Shown piece after piece: positions 23,632 through 31,882 of a stretch of 38,871 bases of DNA (positions are counted from its first letter, which is position 1; every line of letters begins with the position of its first letter). The notes beneath the pieces are model-generated. The model ran no database searches. It had not been told where the DNA came from and was given only the letters and a program-made list of their open reading frames with translations. Made by a program: the position numbers and the translations under genes. The DNA is taken from the NCBI GenBank assembly GCA_021844355.1, contig JAKBTP010000203.1, forward strand, positions 1 through 38,871. The letters are read 5' to 3'. The DNA is from a bacterium (GTDB lineage Bacteria > Chloroflexota > Dormibacteria > Aeolococcales > Bog-877).

Positions 23632-25182
23632 ATGGCCCTGCCGCTGAAGGAACTTCCGGTCCGTGACCTGCCCATCCGGGTGCGCCAGCCCTCCCGCGCG
23701 GGGCTGGAGGCTCACTTCGGGCCCACCGACCCGCAGCTCGACGTCTCCCGTGATCCCCGGGTGCGCCGCCTGCTCCGCAGCCGGCCCTTCCAGTTCATGC
23801 TGATCCTGCCCAACCAGATCATCTTCTGGCTGGTGATCGTGACCGGCCTGGTGGGGATCCTGGCTCCCACCCACAACTTCGCCACCGTCATCACCTGGTA
23901 CATCTGGTTTTGCGCCGTGTTCATGCTCATGGTGGGGGTTGGCCGCGGCTGGTGCGTCATGTGTCCCTTCGGAGGCTTCGCCGAGTGGGTTCAGCGCCAC
24001 ACGTTCTGGAAGCGTCACGCCATCTCCATCGGCCTCCACCTGCGCTGGCCGGAGTGGCTCAGCAAGTGGGCGCTGCTGCCCTCCGTGGCCATGTTCCTCG
24101 GTCTCACCTGGTTCGAGGAGTACTTCAACATCGCCGGTCCCGGAGATCCCCGGTTCACCAGCTTCCTGGTCTTCTTCGTGATCGGCTCGGCGCTCATCAC
24201 CTTCCTTCTCTTCGAGCGCCGCACCTTCTGCCGCTACCTCTGCCCGCTCACCGCCCTCATCGGGACCGTGGGGTCCACCGGGATGGTGGCCGGGATGCGC
24301 ACCCGCGACCGGGATCGCTGCCTGACCTGCCCCACCAAGGACTGCATGAGGGGCAGTGAGCGCGGCTACCCGTGCCCCTGGTACGAGTGGCCCGGCAGCG
24401 CCACCTCCAACCTGATGTGCGGGCTGTGCACCGAGTGCATCAAGAACTGCCCCTACGACAACGTCGGGGTCTACCTCCAGAAGCCGCTCACCTCAGTCGT
24501 GGCGCCCGTCCGCCGCCGGGTCGATGTGGCGTGGGCGGTGGCCATCCTGTTTGGGCTGGTGATCTTCCAGCAAGTCAATGCGCTGCCCTTCTACGCACCT
24601 CTGGACCGCTGGCTCAACCTTCACACCGGATTCCCCGGATACCCCAACCCGGTCGACTACCTGGCCATCATCGGTGTGGTCGCCCTCCTGGTGGCCGCCT
24701 ACGCCTTCGGGGTGAGGGAGTTCCTGGCCAAGCGCAGCGTGGCCCTGGTGAGATCCGTGCGCCGGGTGCCGGGAAGAGCGGGCTCCTTCACCAGCTGGTT
24801 CGCGCCCCTGGCCTACGGCTTCATCCCCCTCATGGCTGCGGACTACCTCGCCCGGCAGCTGCCGAGGTTCTGGTACCACGCGCCGCGGATCGTCCCCGCC
24901 ATCTCGGATCCCTTCGGATTCGGCTGGAACCTCTTTGGCACGGCCCACTCCTCCCTCTACAACCTCCACCTCCTGAACCCGCAGGGGGTGGTCGTCAGCC
25001 AGGTGGTGGTCACCGCCATCGGCACCCTGGGCGCCGCCTACGCCACCTGGCGGATCTCCGGGCGCGACCTGGCGCCCCTCACCTCCAGGCTGGCCGGCGT
25101 GAGGCTGATCGGCACCTCCGCCGTGGTGGTTGCCGGCCTCGGCGTGGCGGCCCTCTATGTGGCCATGGGTGGGATGCAGTGA
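23632..25182 (+). CDS. NapH/MauN/NosR-type membrane polyferredoxin with extra C-terminal TM domain
   Basis: ATG at 23632 with AAGGAGG 11 nt upstream. TM helices flank GRGWCVMCPFG and ERRTFCRYLCPL (CxxCP/CxxxCP). Cys-rich ferredoxin segment CLTCPTKDC...CGLCTECIKNCP. About 5 further TM helices follow in the last 230 aa or so. Confidence 0.75.
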   Translation: MALPLKELPVRDLPIRVRQPSRAGLEAHFGPTDPQLDVSRDPRVRRLLRSRPFQFMLILPNQIIFWLVIVTGLVGILAPTHNFATVITWYIWFCAVFMLMVGVGRGWCVMCPFGGFAEWVQRHTFWKRHAISIGLHLRWPEWLSKWALLPSVAMFLGLTWFEEYFNIAGPGDPRFTSFLVFFVIGSALITFLLFERRTFCRYLCPLTALIGTVGSTGMVAGMRTRDRDRCLTCPTKDCMRGSERGYPCPWYEWPGSATSNLMCGLCTECIKNCPYDNVGVYLQKPLTSVVAPVRRRVDVAWAVAILFGLVIFQQVNALPFYAPLDRWLNLHTGFPGYPNPVDYLAIIGVVALLVAAYAFGVREFLAKRSVALVRSVRRVPGRAGSFTSWFAPLAYGFIPLMAADYLARQLPRFWYHAPRIVPAISDPFGFGWNLFGTAHSSLYNLHLLNPQGVVVSQVVVTAIGTLGAAYATWRISGRDLAPLTSRLAGVRLIGTSAVVVAGLGVAALYVAMGGMQ

Positions 25183-25213
25183 CGCTGGCCGGAAGGGCGC
25201 GGGAGAGCTTGGC

Positions 25214-27040
25214 ATGAGTATCGATGTCCGCGAGGGAATCGGGCCCGGGCCGGCGGCTCCGGCCCGGCACGCCACGGTGCGGGTGAACAGCGAGCGCTGT
25301 GTCGGCTGCCAGGAGTGCGTCGTGCGCTGCCCCACCGCGGCGCTGGGGCTGGACCAGGAGCGGTGGATCGCCCGAGCCGACGACCGCCTCTGTGTCGGCT
25401 GCCGGCAGTGCGAGCGGGTATGCCCCTATGCCGCCATCTCCGTCAGCGGACCCAAGGTGGTCGGGCCGCGGCACGTCTCGCTCACCCTGTATCCCAGCCG
25501 CCTCCGCGGCAACACGACTGAGGTGAGGCGTGGGTTCAGCACCTGGAAGGACGCCTTGCGAGAGGCCGATCGGTGCCTCGCCTGCCCCGACCCGACCTGC
25601 CTCGAAGGATGCCCGGCGCACAACGACATCCCTCGCTTCATCGCCGCCATCAGGGAGCGGGATCTGCAGGGAGCGCACGCCGTCCTGCGCGAGACCTCGG
25701 TCCTGCCGGACATCTGCAGCCGGGTCTGCGACCAGAGTGTCCAGTGCGAGGGGGCCTGCACCTGGGCGCTGGCTGGCGGGGAGCCGGTGGCGATCGGGCT
25801 TCTGGAGAGGTTCATCACCGACCGAGCGCCGGTGCCTCCTCCCCGAGTGGGCTCGTCCTCCTCGACCCCGCTGAAGGTGGCGGTGGTCGGATCAGGGCCG
25901 GCAGGCTGCGCCGCCGCCTGGGAGCTGCTGGAGGCGGGGGCGAGGGTGACGATGTACGAGAAGGACGACGAGCCTGGCGGGGTCCTGAGATGGGGCATCC
26001 CGGACTTCACCCTCCCGGCCGACGTAGCGCGCCGTCCGGTGACGGCCCTCCAGGAGGCGGGACTGGAGCTGAGGACCGGGTGCGCCGCAGGCGGCGACCT
26101 GACGCTGGCCCAGCTGCTGGAGGAGCACGATGCGCTCCTCCTCGCCCATGGAGCGAGCATCCCGCTGATCCCGCCGGTGCCCGGAAGGGAGCTCTTCGGG
26201 GTCGAGGACGCCACCAACTTCCTCTGGCGGGCGAAGCGGGCCCTGGGAGCGGGCACCACCTTGCCGGAGCTGGGGCCGGGAGCGCGGGTACTGGTGGTCG
26301 GCGGCGGCAACACGGCCATGGACGTGGCGCGCAGCGTGCGCCGCCTCGGAGCGGACGTGACGGCGGTGGAGTGGATGGATGAGCGCTTCACCAGGGTGAG
26401 GCGGGATGAGTTGGCCGAGGCCAGGGAGGAGGGGGTCGAGGTCCGATTCTCCACGACACTGGAGCGGCTCGAGGGTGACGCCCTGGGGGTATCGGCTGCG
26501 TGGCTGCGCCCCACGGTGCAGCGCCGCGTCGGCGATCGTCCCAAGGTCGCGGGCGGCAAGCCGGAGCGCTTGACCGTCAACCGGGTTGTCTTTGCCCTGG
26601 GCTACCGAGTGGACTCTGAGCTGGCCGCGTCCCTGGTCAACTTGCCCCTGCCGCCGGTCGACCTCAGGAAGGCGATTCCGCCACGCCGCTGGCTGGCGAG
26701 CGGGATCCTCTCCGGCGGGTCGGTGGGGCCGTTGGCCCTGGCGCGCGAGGTGACGCTGGCGGCGGCCGAGTCGCCGGCGCAGCGGGGCGGGTGGCTGAGG
26801 TCCCGCCGCAGTTCGGGCGGGGTCGCCCCGGGAGGGAGGGCGGGGTGGTGGACGTGGCTCTGGAGGGAGCAGGGGGTGGTGGCCCTGGATGCCGCGGGGG
26901 CCCCGAGAGGGGAGAGGGTGTGGGCCGTGGGGGACGCTCTGGTGGGGCCCTCCACGGTGGTGGGGGCGATGGCCCAGGGGCGGGAGGCGGCCAAGGCCAT
27001 CCTGGCTGGCTGCCGCCCGCGGGCGGAGTCTCCCATGTGA
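25214..27040 (+). CDS. 2x[4Fe-4S] ferredoxin domain fused to GltD/NfnB-like NAD(P)H-dependent FAD/FeS oxidoreductase
   Basis: CVGCQECVVRCP and CVGCRQCERVCP. GltD-type FeS region CLACPDPTCLEGCPAHNDIPRFI...CSRVCDQSVQCEGAC. Dinucleotide folds VAVVGSGPAGCAAA and VLVVGGGNTAMDVA. Terminal VWAVGDA. ATG at 25214 follows GGGAGAG. Confidence 0.85.
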   Translation: MSIDVREGIGPGPAAPARHATVRVNSERCVGCQECVVRCPTAALGLDQERWIARADDRLCVGCRQCERVCPYAAISVSGPKVVGPRHVSLTLYPSRLRGNTTEVRRGFSTWKDALREADRCLACPDPTCLEGCPAHNDIPRFIAAIRERDLQGAHAVLRETSVLPDICSRVCDQSVQCEGACTWALAGGEPVAIGLLERFITDRAPVPPPRVGSSSSTPLKVAVVGSGPAGCAAAWELLEAGARVTMYEKDDEPGGVLRWGIPDFTLPADVARRPVTALQEAGLELRTGCAAGGDLTLAQLLEEHDALLLAHGASIPLIPPVPGRELFGVEDATNFLWRAKRALGAGTTLPELGPGARVLVVGGGNTAMDVARSVRRLGADVTAVEWMDERFTRVRRDELAEAREEGVEVRFSTTLERLEGDALGVSAAWLRPTVQRRVGDRPKVAGGKPERLTVNRVVFALGYRVDSELAASLVNLPLPPVDLRKAIPPRRWLASGILSGGSVGPLALAREVTLAAAESPAQRGGWLRSRRSSGGVAPGGRAGWWTWLWREQGVVALDAAGAPRGERVWAVGDALVGPSTVVGAMAQGREAAKAILAGCRPRAESPM

Positions 27041-28581
27041 GCGCGGAGGCCGAGCTGGGGTCCGGGATGCCTCCGGTGCCGACCTTCCGGGAGATCCTCG
27101 GGTCGGTGCTGAGACCGCCGCTCCGAGACCACCGGTTCTGGGTGATCCAGGCGCTCATCCTGGCCATCGTCTCCGGGCACCTGGCCCTGGACCTGCGCGG
27201 GGCCCGGCTCCCCGGTGGCATACCCGACTACCCCACGGTGGGGCTCTTCCTGCTACCGGTGATCTATGCCGCGCTTCGCTTCGGGCTGGGCGGGGCCTGT
27301 GCCAGCGCCGCCTGGGGGACGGTCCTGATGGTGCCCGACCTGGTGGTCCTGGACTCACGCTTCGACCTCTGGGGCGATGGGACGCTGCTGGCCATAAGCT
27401 GCGTCGTGGCGGTGGCTGTGGGTCAACGGGTGGAGCGGGAGGGGTCCGCTCGCCGGGGGACAGAGGCCGCCCTGGCCGCCCACCGGGCCGCTGAGGCGCG
27501 CTTCCGGGCGATCTTCGAGGCCTCTTCGGTGCCCGCGTTGGTGGTGGACGCCGCCGGCCGGCTGCGCCAGAGCAATCCCGCCGCCTCGGAGCTGTTCGGT
27601 AGGCGGCTGGAGCAGGGTTCCCTGGCGGAGCTGATCGGGACAGACCCCAGCAGGCGCCTCCTCGGCGGCTCACCACCCCTGGAGCTGGTGTTCATTTCAG
27701 CCTCCCAGGCGACCCTGGTCTTGCATCCGCTGCTGACCAAGCTGCGCGATGAGGGAGGGGGGGAGCTGTTCCAGGTCGCCTTCCAGGACGTCACCGCCGA
27801 GGCCGAGCGCCAGCGGCTGACGGCAGCGTACGCAGCCCAGGCCAGGCAGGCGCAGGAGGACGACCGGGAACGCATCGCTCGAGATATCCACGACGAGCCG
27901 CTGCAGACGCTGATCTACCTCGCCCGGCGCCTGGAGGCCGCGGGTGAGCGGGTGGGTTTGCCCGAGTCGTCGCGTGACGAGCTGGATGCCTTGCGGGTGG
28001 GGATCATGGGCGTCGTCGCCGAGTTGCGCCTGCTCGCCGACGGCCTCCGCCCCCCGGCGCTGGATGATCTGGGCCTGGAGACGTCGCTGCGCCAGCTGGT
28101 CCAGGCCTTTTCCGTCCGCACCGGGCTGGGCGCGGAGGTCCGCACGAGGGGCAGGGAGCTTCCTCTGGACCGGGAGCGCAGGACCGACGTCTACCGGATC
28201 GTCCAGGAGGCGCTCGGCAACGTGGAGCGCCATGCCGGAGCGAGGAGGGTGTTGGTGAGGATCATCTTCACCCTGACGGCTGTCCGGGTCGAGGTCGCCG
28301 ACGATGGCCAGGGCTTCTCCGCAGCGTCCTCGCCCGCCGGCCGGGGGGTGGTGGCGATGCGAGAGCGCGCGGCGCTGGCCGGGGGTCGGGTCGACATAAG
28401 GGCGCTTCCCGGTCAAGGCACCAGGGTCCTGGTCACGGTACCTGTCAGCGACACGCGCGAGGTTGGAGGCCGGCCCAGCCGGGAGCTTCCGCCGGCTTCG
28501 GTCGCCGCCCGTAGAGCTGAGCCGCCGACCCCTCCCGACGCCAGAGCGGGCACCGACGTCGCCGTCGCGGCCCAGGCCTGA
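27037..28581 (+). CDS. membrane-associated PAS-HisKA_3-HATPase sensor histidine kinase (no adjacent response regulator)
   Basis: N-terminal TM helices, PAS-like FRAIFEASSVPALVVDAAGRLRQSNPAASELFG, H-box ERIARDIHDEPLQTLIYL, ATPase DDGQGF and GVVAMRERA. GTG at 27037 makes a GTGA overlap with the upstream stop; ATG at 27067 is an alternative. Confidence 0.8.
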   Translation: MSAEAELGSGMPPVPTFREILGSVLRPPLRDHRFWVIQALILAIVSGHLALDLRGARLPGGIPDYPTVGLFLLPVIYAALRFGLGGACASAAWGTVLMVPDLVVLDSRFDLWGDGTLLAISCVVAVAVGQRVEREGSARRGTEAALAAHRAAEARFRAIFEASSVPALVVDAAGRLRQSNPAASELFGRRLEQGSLAELIGTDPSRRLLGGSPPLELVFISASQATLVLHPLLTKLRDEGGGELFQVAFQDVTAEAERQRLTAAYAAQARQAQEDDRERIARDIHDEPLQTLIYLARRLEAAGERVGLPESSRDELDALRVGIMGVVAELRLLADGLRPPALDDLGLETSLRQLVQAFSVRTGLGAEVRTRGRELPLDRERRTDVYRIVQEALGNVERHAGARRVLVRIIFTLTAVRVEVADDGQGFSAASSPAGRGVVAMRERAALAGGRVDIRALPGQGTRVLVTVPVSDTREVGGRPSRELPPASVAARRAEPPTPPDARAGTDVAVAAQA

Positions 28582-28582
28582 G

Positions 28583-29110
28583 ATGTTCCTGCGCTACTAC
28601 TGTGAGCTGGCCCAGGGCTTCGAGGCCACCGCGGATCGGCTCCTTGAGGCGCCTGAGACCTGGCTTCCGGTTCTCGCCAGCAGCGCCAGCGCTCGGGCCG
28701 AGCTGCTCCTGGCTGAGGTCGGCTTCGACCTGGTGGGTCGGCGGGTGGGAAAGCAGGTGCGGATCCGGCTGGGAGCGGCGATGAGATCACCTGGCCGGCT
28801 GGTGCTGCCTCTCACCTGGCTGGCCACCGGTGCGTCCTCCCTGTTCCCCGCGTTTGAAGGTGAGTTGGAGGTCGGGGCCCTGGGGAGCGGCTGGAGCCAG
28901 CTGGTGATCAGCGTGAACTACAGGCCGCCGCTGGGCGCGGTGGGCAAGACCTTCGACCGCCTCGCCCTCCACCGGGTGGCGGAGGCCACCATCAAGGACT
29001 TTCTGGATCGGGCCGGTGCCCGCCTGGCCGGCGAGGAGCATCCTCAGCCCGATCGCAGTCGACTTCCCCCACGGCGCCACCAGCGGAAGAGGGCCGCTGC
29101 GTCTCCCTGA
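28583..29110 (+). CDS. hypothetical protein (175 aa)
   Basis: The ATG starts 1 nt after the kinase stop. GC3 bias. Soluble with a basic C-terminal tail. An SRPBCC-like fold is possible but not supported by any motif I can name. Confidence 0.5.
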   Translation: MFLRYYCELAQGFEATADRLLEAPETWLPVLASSASARAELLLAEVGFDLVGRRVGKQVRIRLGAAMRSPGRLVLPLTWLATGASSLFPAFEGELEVGALGSGWSQLVISVNYRPPLGAVGKTFDRLALHRVAEATIKDFLDRAGARLAGEEHPQPDRSRLPPRRHQRKRAAASP

Positions 29111-29132
29111 ATGGGCGCCGGACCTTCGCCGG

Positions 29133-29561
29133 CTACTGGAAGAGACGGATGGCTGCCGCGCCCTGCGTGGTGAACGGCGCCGCCACCAGCCAGTCGCCGG
29201 CGTTCCCCTCTTCGAGCATCTGCACCTGGACCACCCGCGGCTTGGCGCCGGGGTTGGTCACCACCACCTGGCACGTGACCTCGTTGGGGTTGACCACCCG
29301 GCAGCTGCCCACCCGGTAGCTGGCGCGAGCGGCCTTCACGCCGTTGAAGAAGGGAAGGAAGGGGGTGGCCGACTCGGCGGGGTTGGTGAGCAGGGTGTAG
29401 GCGTACACCACCGAATGGGCCCGGACGTCGGCGAGGAAACCGCGGAGGGCCAGGCGGGCTGCGGTGGCCGGGCTGGCGCAGGCGGCGAGGAGCAGGCCGA
29501 GGGCCACCAGGAGCGCGGCCACCGCCCCCGGGCGGCGCCAGCTAGCCGGTGACGACCACAC
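29133..29561 (-). CDS. putative lipoprotein, unknown function
   Basis: Signal peptide with lipobox (LGLLLAAC). GTG at 29561 verified, giving a WRRPG n-region; the track ORF starts at 29606. Co-directional with, and overlapping the end of, the cupredoxin gene. Confidence 0.55.
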   Translation of the reverse strand: MWSSPASWRRPGAVAALLVALGLLLAACASPATAARLALRGFLADVRAHSVVYAYTLLTNPAESATPFLPFFNGVKAARASYRVGSCRVVNPNEVTCQVVVTNPGAKPRVVQVQMLEEGNAGDWLVAAPFTTQGAAAIRLFQ

Positions 29562-30027
29562 GGCCCAGCATCCCCGGGTGGAGCGTGCAGTAATAGTCGT
29601 AGACACCGGGCGAGAGGAACTGGACGGCCCACTTGTAGCCAGCCCCCTTGGTGGGGGAGTTGATCAGCTCCTGGTCGATCCACCAGACGTTGTGCTGGTC
29701 GTAGTGGTCGGTCCAGATCCACTCCACCACCGAGCCCACCTTCACGGTCAGCGACTCGGGCACGAACTCGCCCACGGTGTTGACGTTGTGGTAGATGATC
29801 ACCGTGTATTCCGGGTTGACCGGGAGCTTGGGCAGGACCCGCAGCGAGAGGCTGCTGTTCGGCTGGCTCACCTGGTTGCCGGGCGGGATCGCGAGGTGGG
29901 CGTCAGTTGGGTCGCCCACGTCGCCGAAGGCGGAGCAGCTCGACAGGAGCGCCGCCAGGAGCAGGGCGGCGAGCGGCGCAAGGAGGCGTCCTCGGCCCAG
30001 GAGCCGGAGGGGATGGCGCGGCGGCAT
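29542..30027 (-). CDS. amicyanin/plastocyanin-like type-1 copper protein (cupredoxin), lipoprotein
   Basis: Lipobox LLSSC. Copper ligands QHNV (His) and YYCTLHPGMLGRVVV (C-x2-H-x2-M, amicyanin-like spacing). ATG at 30027 verified. It is the C-terminal 161 codons of track ORF 29542..30663. Confidence 0.8.
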   Translation of the reverse strand: MPPRHPLRLLGRGRLLAPLAALLLAALLSSCSAFGDVGDPTDAHLAIPPGNQVSQPNSSLSLRVLPKLPVNPEYTVIIYHNVNTVGEFVPESLTVKVGSVVEWIWTDHYDQHNVWWIDQELINSPTKGAGYKWAVQFLSPGVYDYYCTLHPGMLGRVVVTG

Positions 30028-30090
30028 GGGCCCAGGATACCGGGCCACCGCCGCCTCACGGCGGGCTGCCGCGAGCCCTACGCTGGTCAT

Positions 30091-30795
30091 GTGCCCGGTT
30101 TCTCGCCGCCTTCGCCCAGGTCGCCCCGGCAGCGCGCGCTGGCCGCCGTGTCCGCTCTCAAGGAGTCCTACCCGGCGGTGTGCGCACTCTCCCACTCGAA
30201 CCCGCTCGAGCTTCTGGTGGCCACCATCCTCTCCGCCCAGACCACCGATGAGCGGGTCAACCAGGTGACCCCGCACCTGTTCCGCCGGATGCGGACGGCG
30301 GCGGACTACGCGGCTGCAGACCTGGCGGAGCTGGAGGAGCTCATCCACCCCACGGGGTTCTTTCGCTCCAAGGCGCGCAGCCTGGTGGGTATGGGCCAGG
30401 CGCTGATGGAGCGCTTCGACGGTGAGGTCCCGCAGACCATGGAGGAGCTGGTGCAGCTGCCCGGAGTGGGCAGGAAGACGGCCAACGTGGTGCTGGGCGT
30501 CGGCTTCGGGATCGCGGGGTTCCCGGTCGACACCCATGTGACCCGGCTGGCCAACCTCCTCGGGCTCGTGCGGACCAGGGATCCAGTGAAGATCGAGGCC
30601 CAGGTTTGCCAGATGGTGCCCAAGGAGGAATGGACTGGATTCAGCCTCCGCCTCATCCAGCACGGGCGCCAGGTGTGCATTGCCCGCCGGCCCAGGTGCC
30701 CGCTCTGTCCCATGTCCAGCTGGTGCCCCTCGGCGGTGGTCAGCCGACCGCGTCCTCTCAGAGGTCCCGGAACCGGGGAGGGCGCCGTTCCCTGA
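30091..30795 (+). CDS. nth: endonuclease III
   Basis: LVATILSAQTTDERVN, HhH-GPD LPGVGRKTANVVLG, VDTHV, and the FeS loop CIARRPRCPLCPMSSWC. GTG start at 30091. Confidence 0.9.
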   Translation: MPGFSPPSPRSPRQRALAAVSALKESYPAVCALSHSNPLELLVATILSAQTTDERVNQVTPHLFRRMRTAADYAAADLAELEELIHPTGFFRSKARSLVGMGQALMERFDGEVPQTMEELVQLPGVGRKTANVVLGVGFGIAGFPVDTHVTRLANLLGLVRTRDPVKIEAQVCQMVPKEEWTGFSLRLIQHGRQVCIARRPRCPLCPMSSWCPSAVVSRPRPLRGPGTGEGAVP

Positions 30796-31564
30796 AGGCT
30801 GCCCAGCCCTCCCGGGCGTCCTCAGTGCCCATCGACTCGGCCTGGGCCAGGCTCTCCACCGCCAGCAGAGAGTTGAAGCTCGCGCCTTCCTCAGCCAGTC
30901 CCAGGGCGGACTTCAGGTCTCGCACCACCCGGCTGGGCAGGCCCGCGATGCGGAGCGCCACCTCGCGCGCCCGGGCGTCCAGTTCGTGGTCCGGCACGAC
31001 CTGGGACGCCAGGCCCAACTGCTGGGCGCGGTGGGCTTCCACTGGCTCACCCAGAAGGAGGATCTCCCGGGCCGCTGCCGAGCCGCAGGCCCTGGTCAGC
31101 ATCCAGGTGCAGCCCCCGCCCGGGTGGATCCCCAGACGGAGGAAGGGCGCCGCCAGCCGCGCGCTCTCAGCGAGGATTCGGAGGTCACAGGCCAGTGCGA
31201 GATTGAAGCCGGCCCCGATGGCCGGGCCATTGACCGCTGCGATGGTGGGGATGGGAAGATCGCGCAGGTCGAGGAAGGCACGGTAGTACTCCGCCAGGAG
31301 CTGTCGGCGGTCGGCCGCGTTCCTGGCTCCGGCGGTGAGGGCGCCCAGGTCCGCTCCCGCGCAGAAGGCGCTGCCCCGACCCGTCACCACCACCACCCTC
31401 GCGCGCCTGGGCCGCGCCTCGGCGATCCGCGTCCGAAGCTCCTCAGCCAGTTCGCCGGTCAGGGCGTTGCGCTGCTCAGGGCGGTTGAGGGTCAGGCGCA
31501 TGATCCCCGACTCGTCCAGCTCGCTCAGGACCCCCGGGGCGGAGCCGTGCTCCTGCTCGCTCAT
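30758..31564 (-). CDS. enoyl-CoA hydratase/isomerase (crotonase) family protein
   Basis: IMRLTLNRPEQRNAL, VVVVTGRGSAFCAGADL, PTIAAVNGPAIGAGFNLALACD, REGWAAFRERRPPRF. ATG at 31564 verified; upstream ATGs at 31642 and 31672 are possible. Confidence 0.85.
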   Translation of the reverse strand: MSEQEHGSAPGVLSELDESGIMRLTLNRPEQRNALTGELAEELRTRIAEARPRRARVVVVTGRGSAFCAGADLGALTAGARNAADRRQLLAEYYRAFLDLRDLPIPTIAAVNGPAIGAGFNLALACDLRILAESARLAAPFLRLGIHPGGGCTWMLTRACGSAAAREILLLGEPVEAHRAQQLGLASQVVPDHELDARAREVALRIAGLPSRVVRDLKSALGLAEEGASFNSLLAVESLAQAESMGTEDAREGWAAFRERRPPRFRDL

Positions 31565-31714
31565 GGCCCAAGAGGATAACTTCCTGGCCAGCTGGCCACC
31601 GAGGTACTTCGTCCTCGGGGCAGGTGTTTCCTCGGGTGTCATCGGCCGAGGGAAGCGGCTAGATTGGGCCACGGCTCAGCCATACTGCCCGCCGGTCGCC
31701 GCGGAGGAATATCA

Positions 31715-31882
31715 GTGGACCAGCCCGCGCCCTATCTGCACTGGGGGTTCATCCTCATCTCGCTGCCCAACCTGGGCCTGATCATCTTCATGGCTGTGCT
31801 CTTCACTCTGGCCCTCTTCCTGCCCTTCCCGGGGCGCGCCCGCCGCCGCCGGGCATATGAGGAGCGCGACAGTGGGCGCTGA
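31715..31882 (+). CDS. small single-TM membrane protein (55 aa)
   Basis: GTG at 31715 lies 6 nt after GGAGGA. VDQPAPYLHWGFILISLPNLGLIIFMAVLFTLALFLPFPGRARRRR. Strong GC3 bias. Overlaps the start of the following cytochrome b gene. Confidence 0.5.
   Translation: MDQPAPYLHWGFILISLPNLGLIIFMAVLFTLALFLPFPGRARRRRAYEERDSGR

Noticed and set aside
31585-31598. Perfect 14-bp palindrome TGGCCAGCTGGCCA upstream of the crotonase gene, in the divergent region shared with the small-TM/cyt b6 cluster.
   Set aside because: Seven-bp GC-rich arms are expected by chance several times in about 39 kb of 70% GC DNA. It may also lie inside the coding region if the crotonase uses an upstream ATG. This is not enough evidence to call it an operator.
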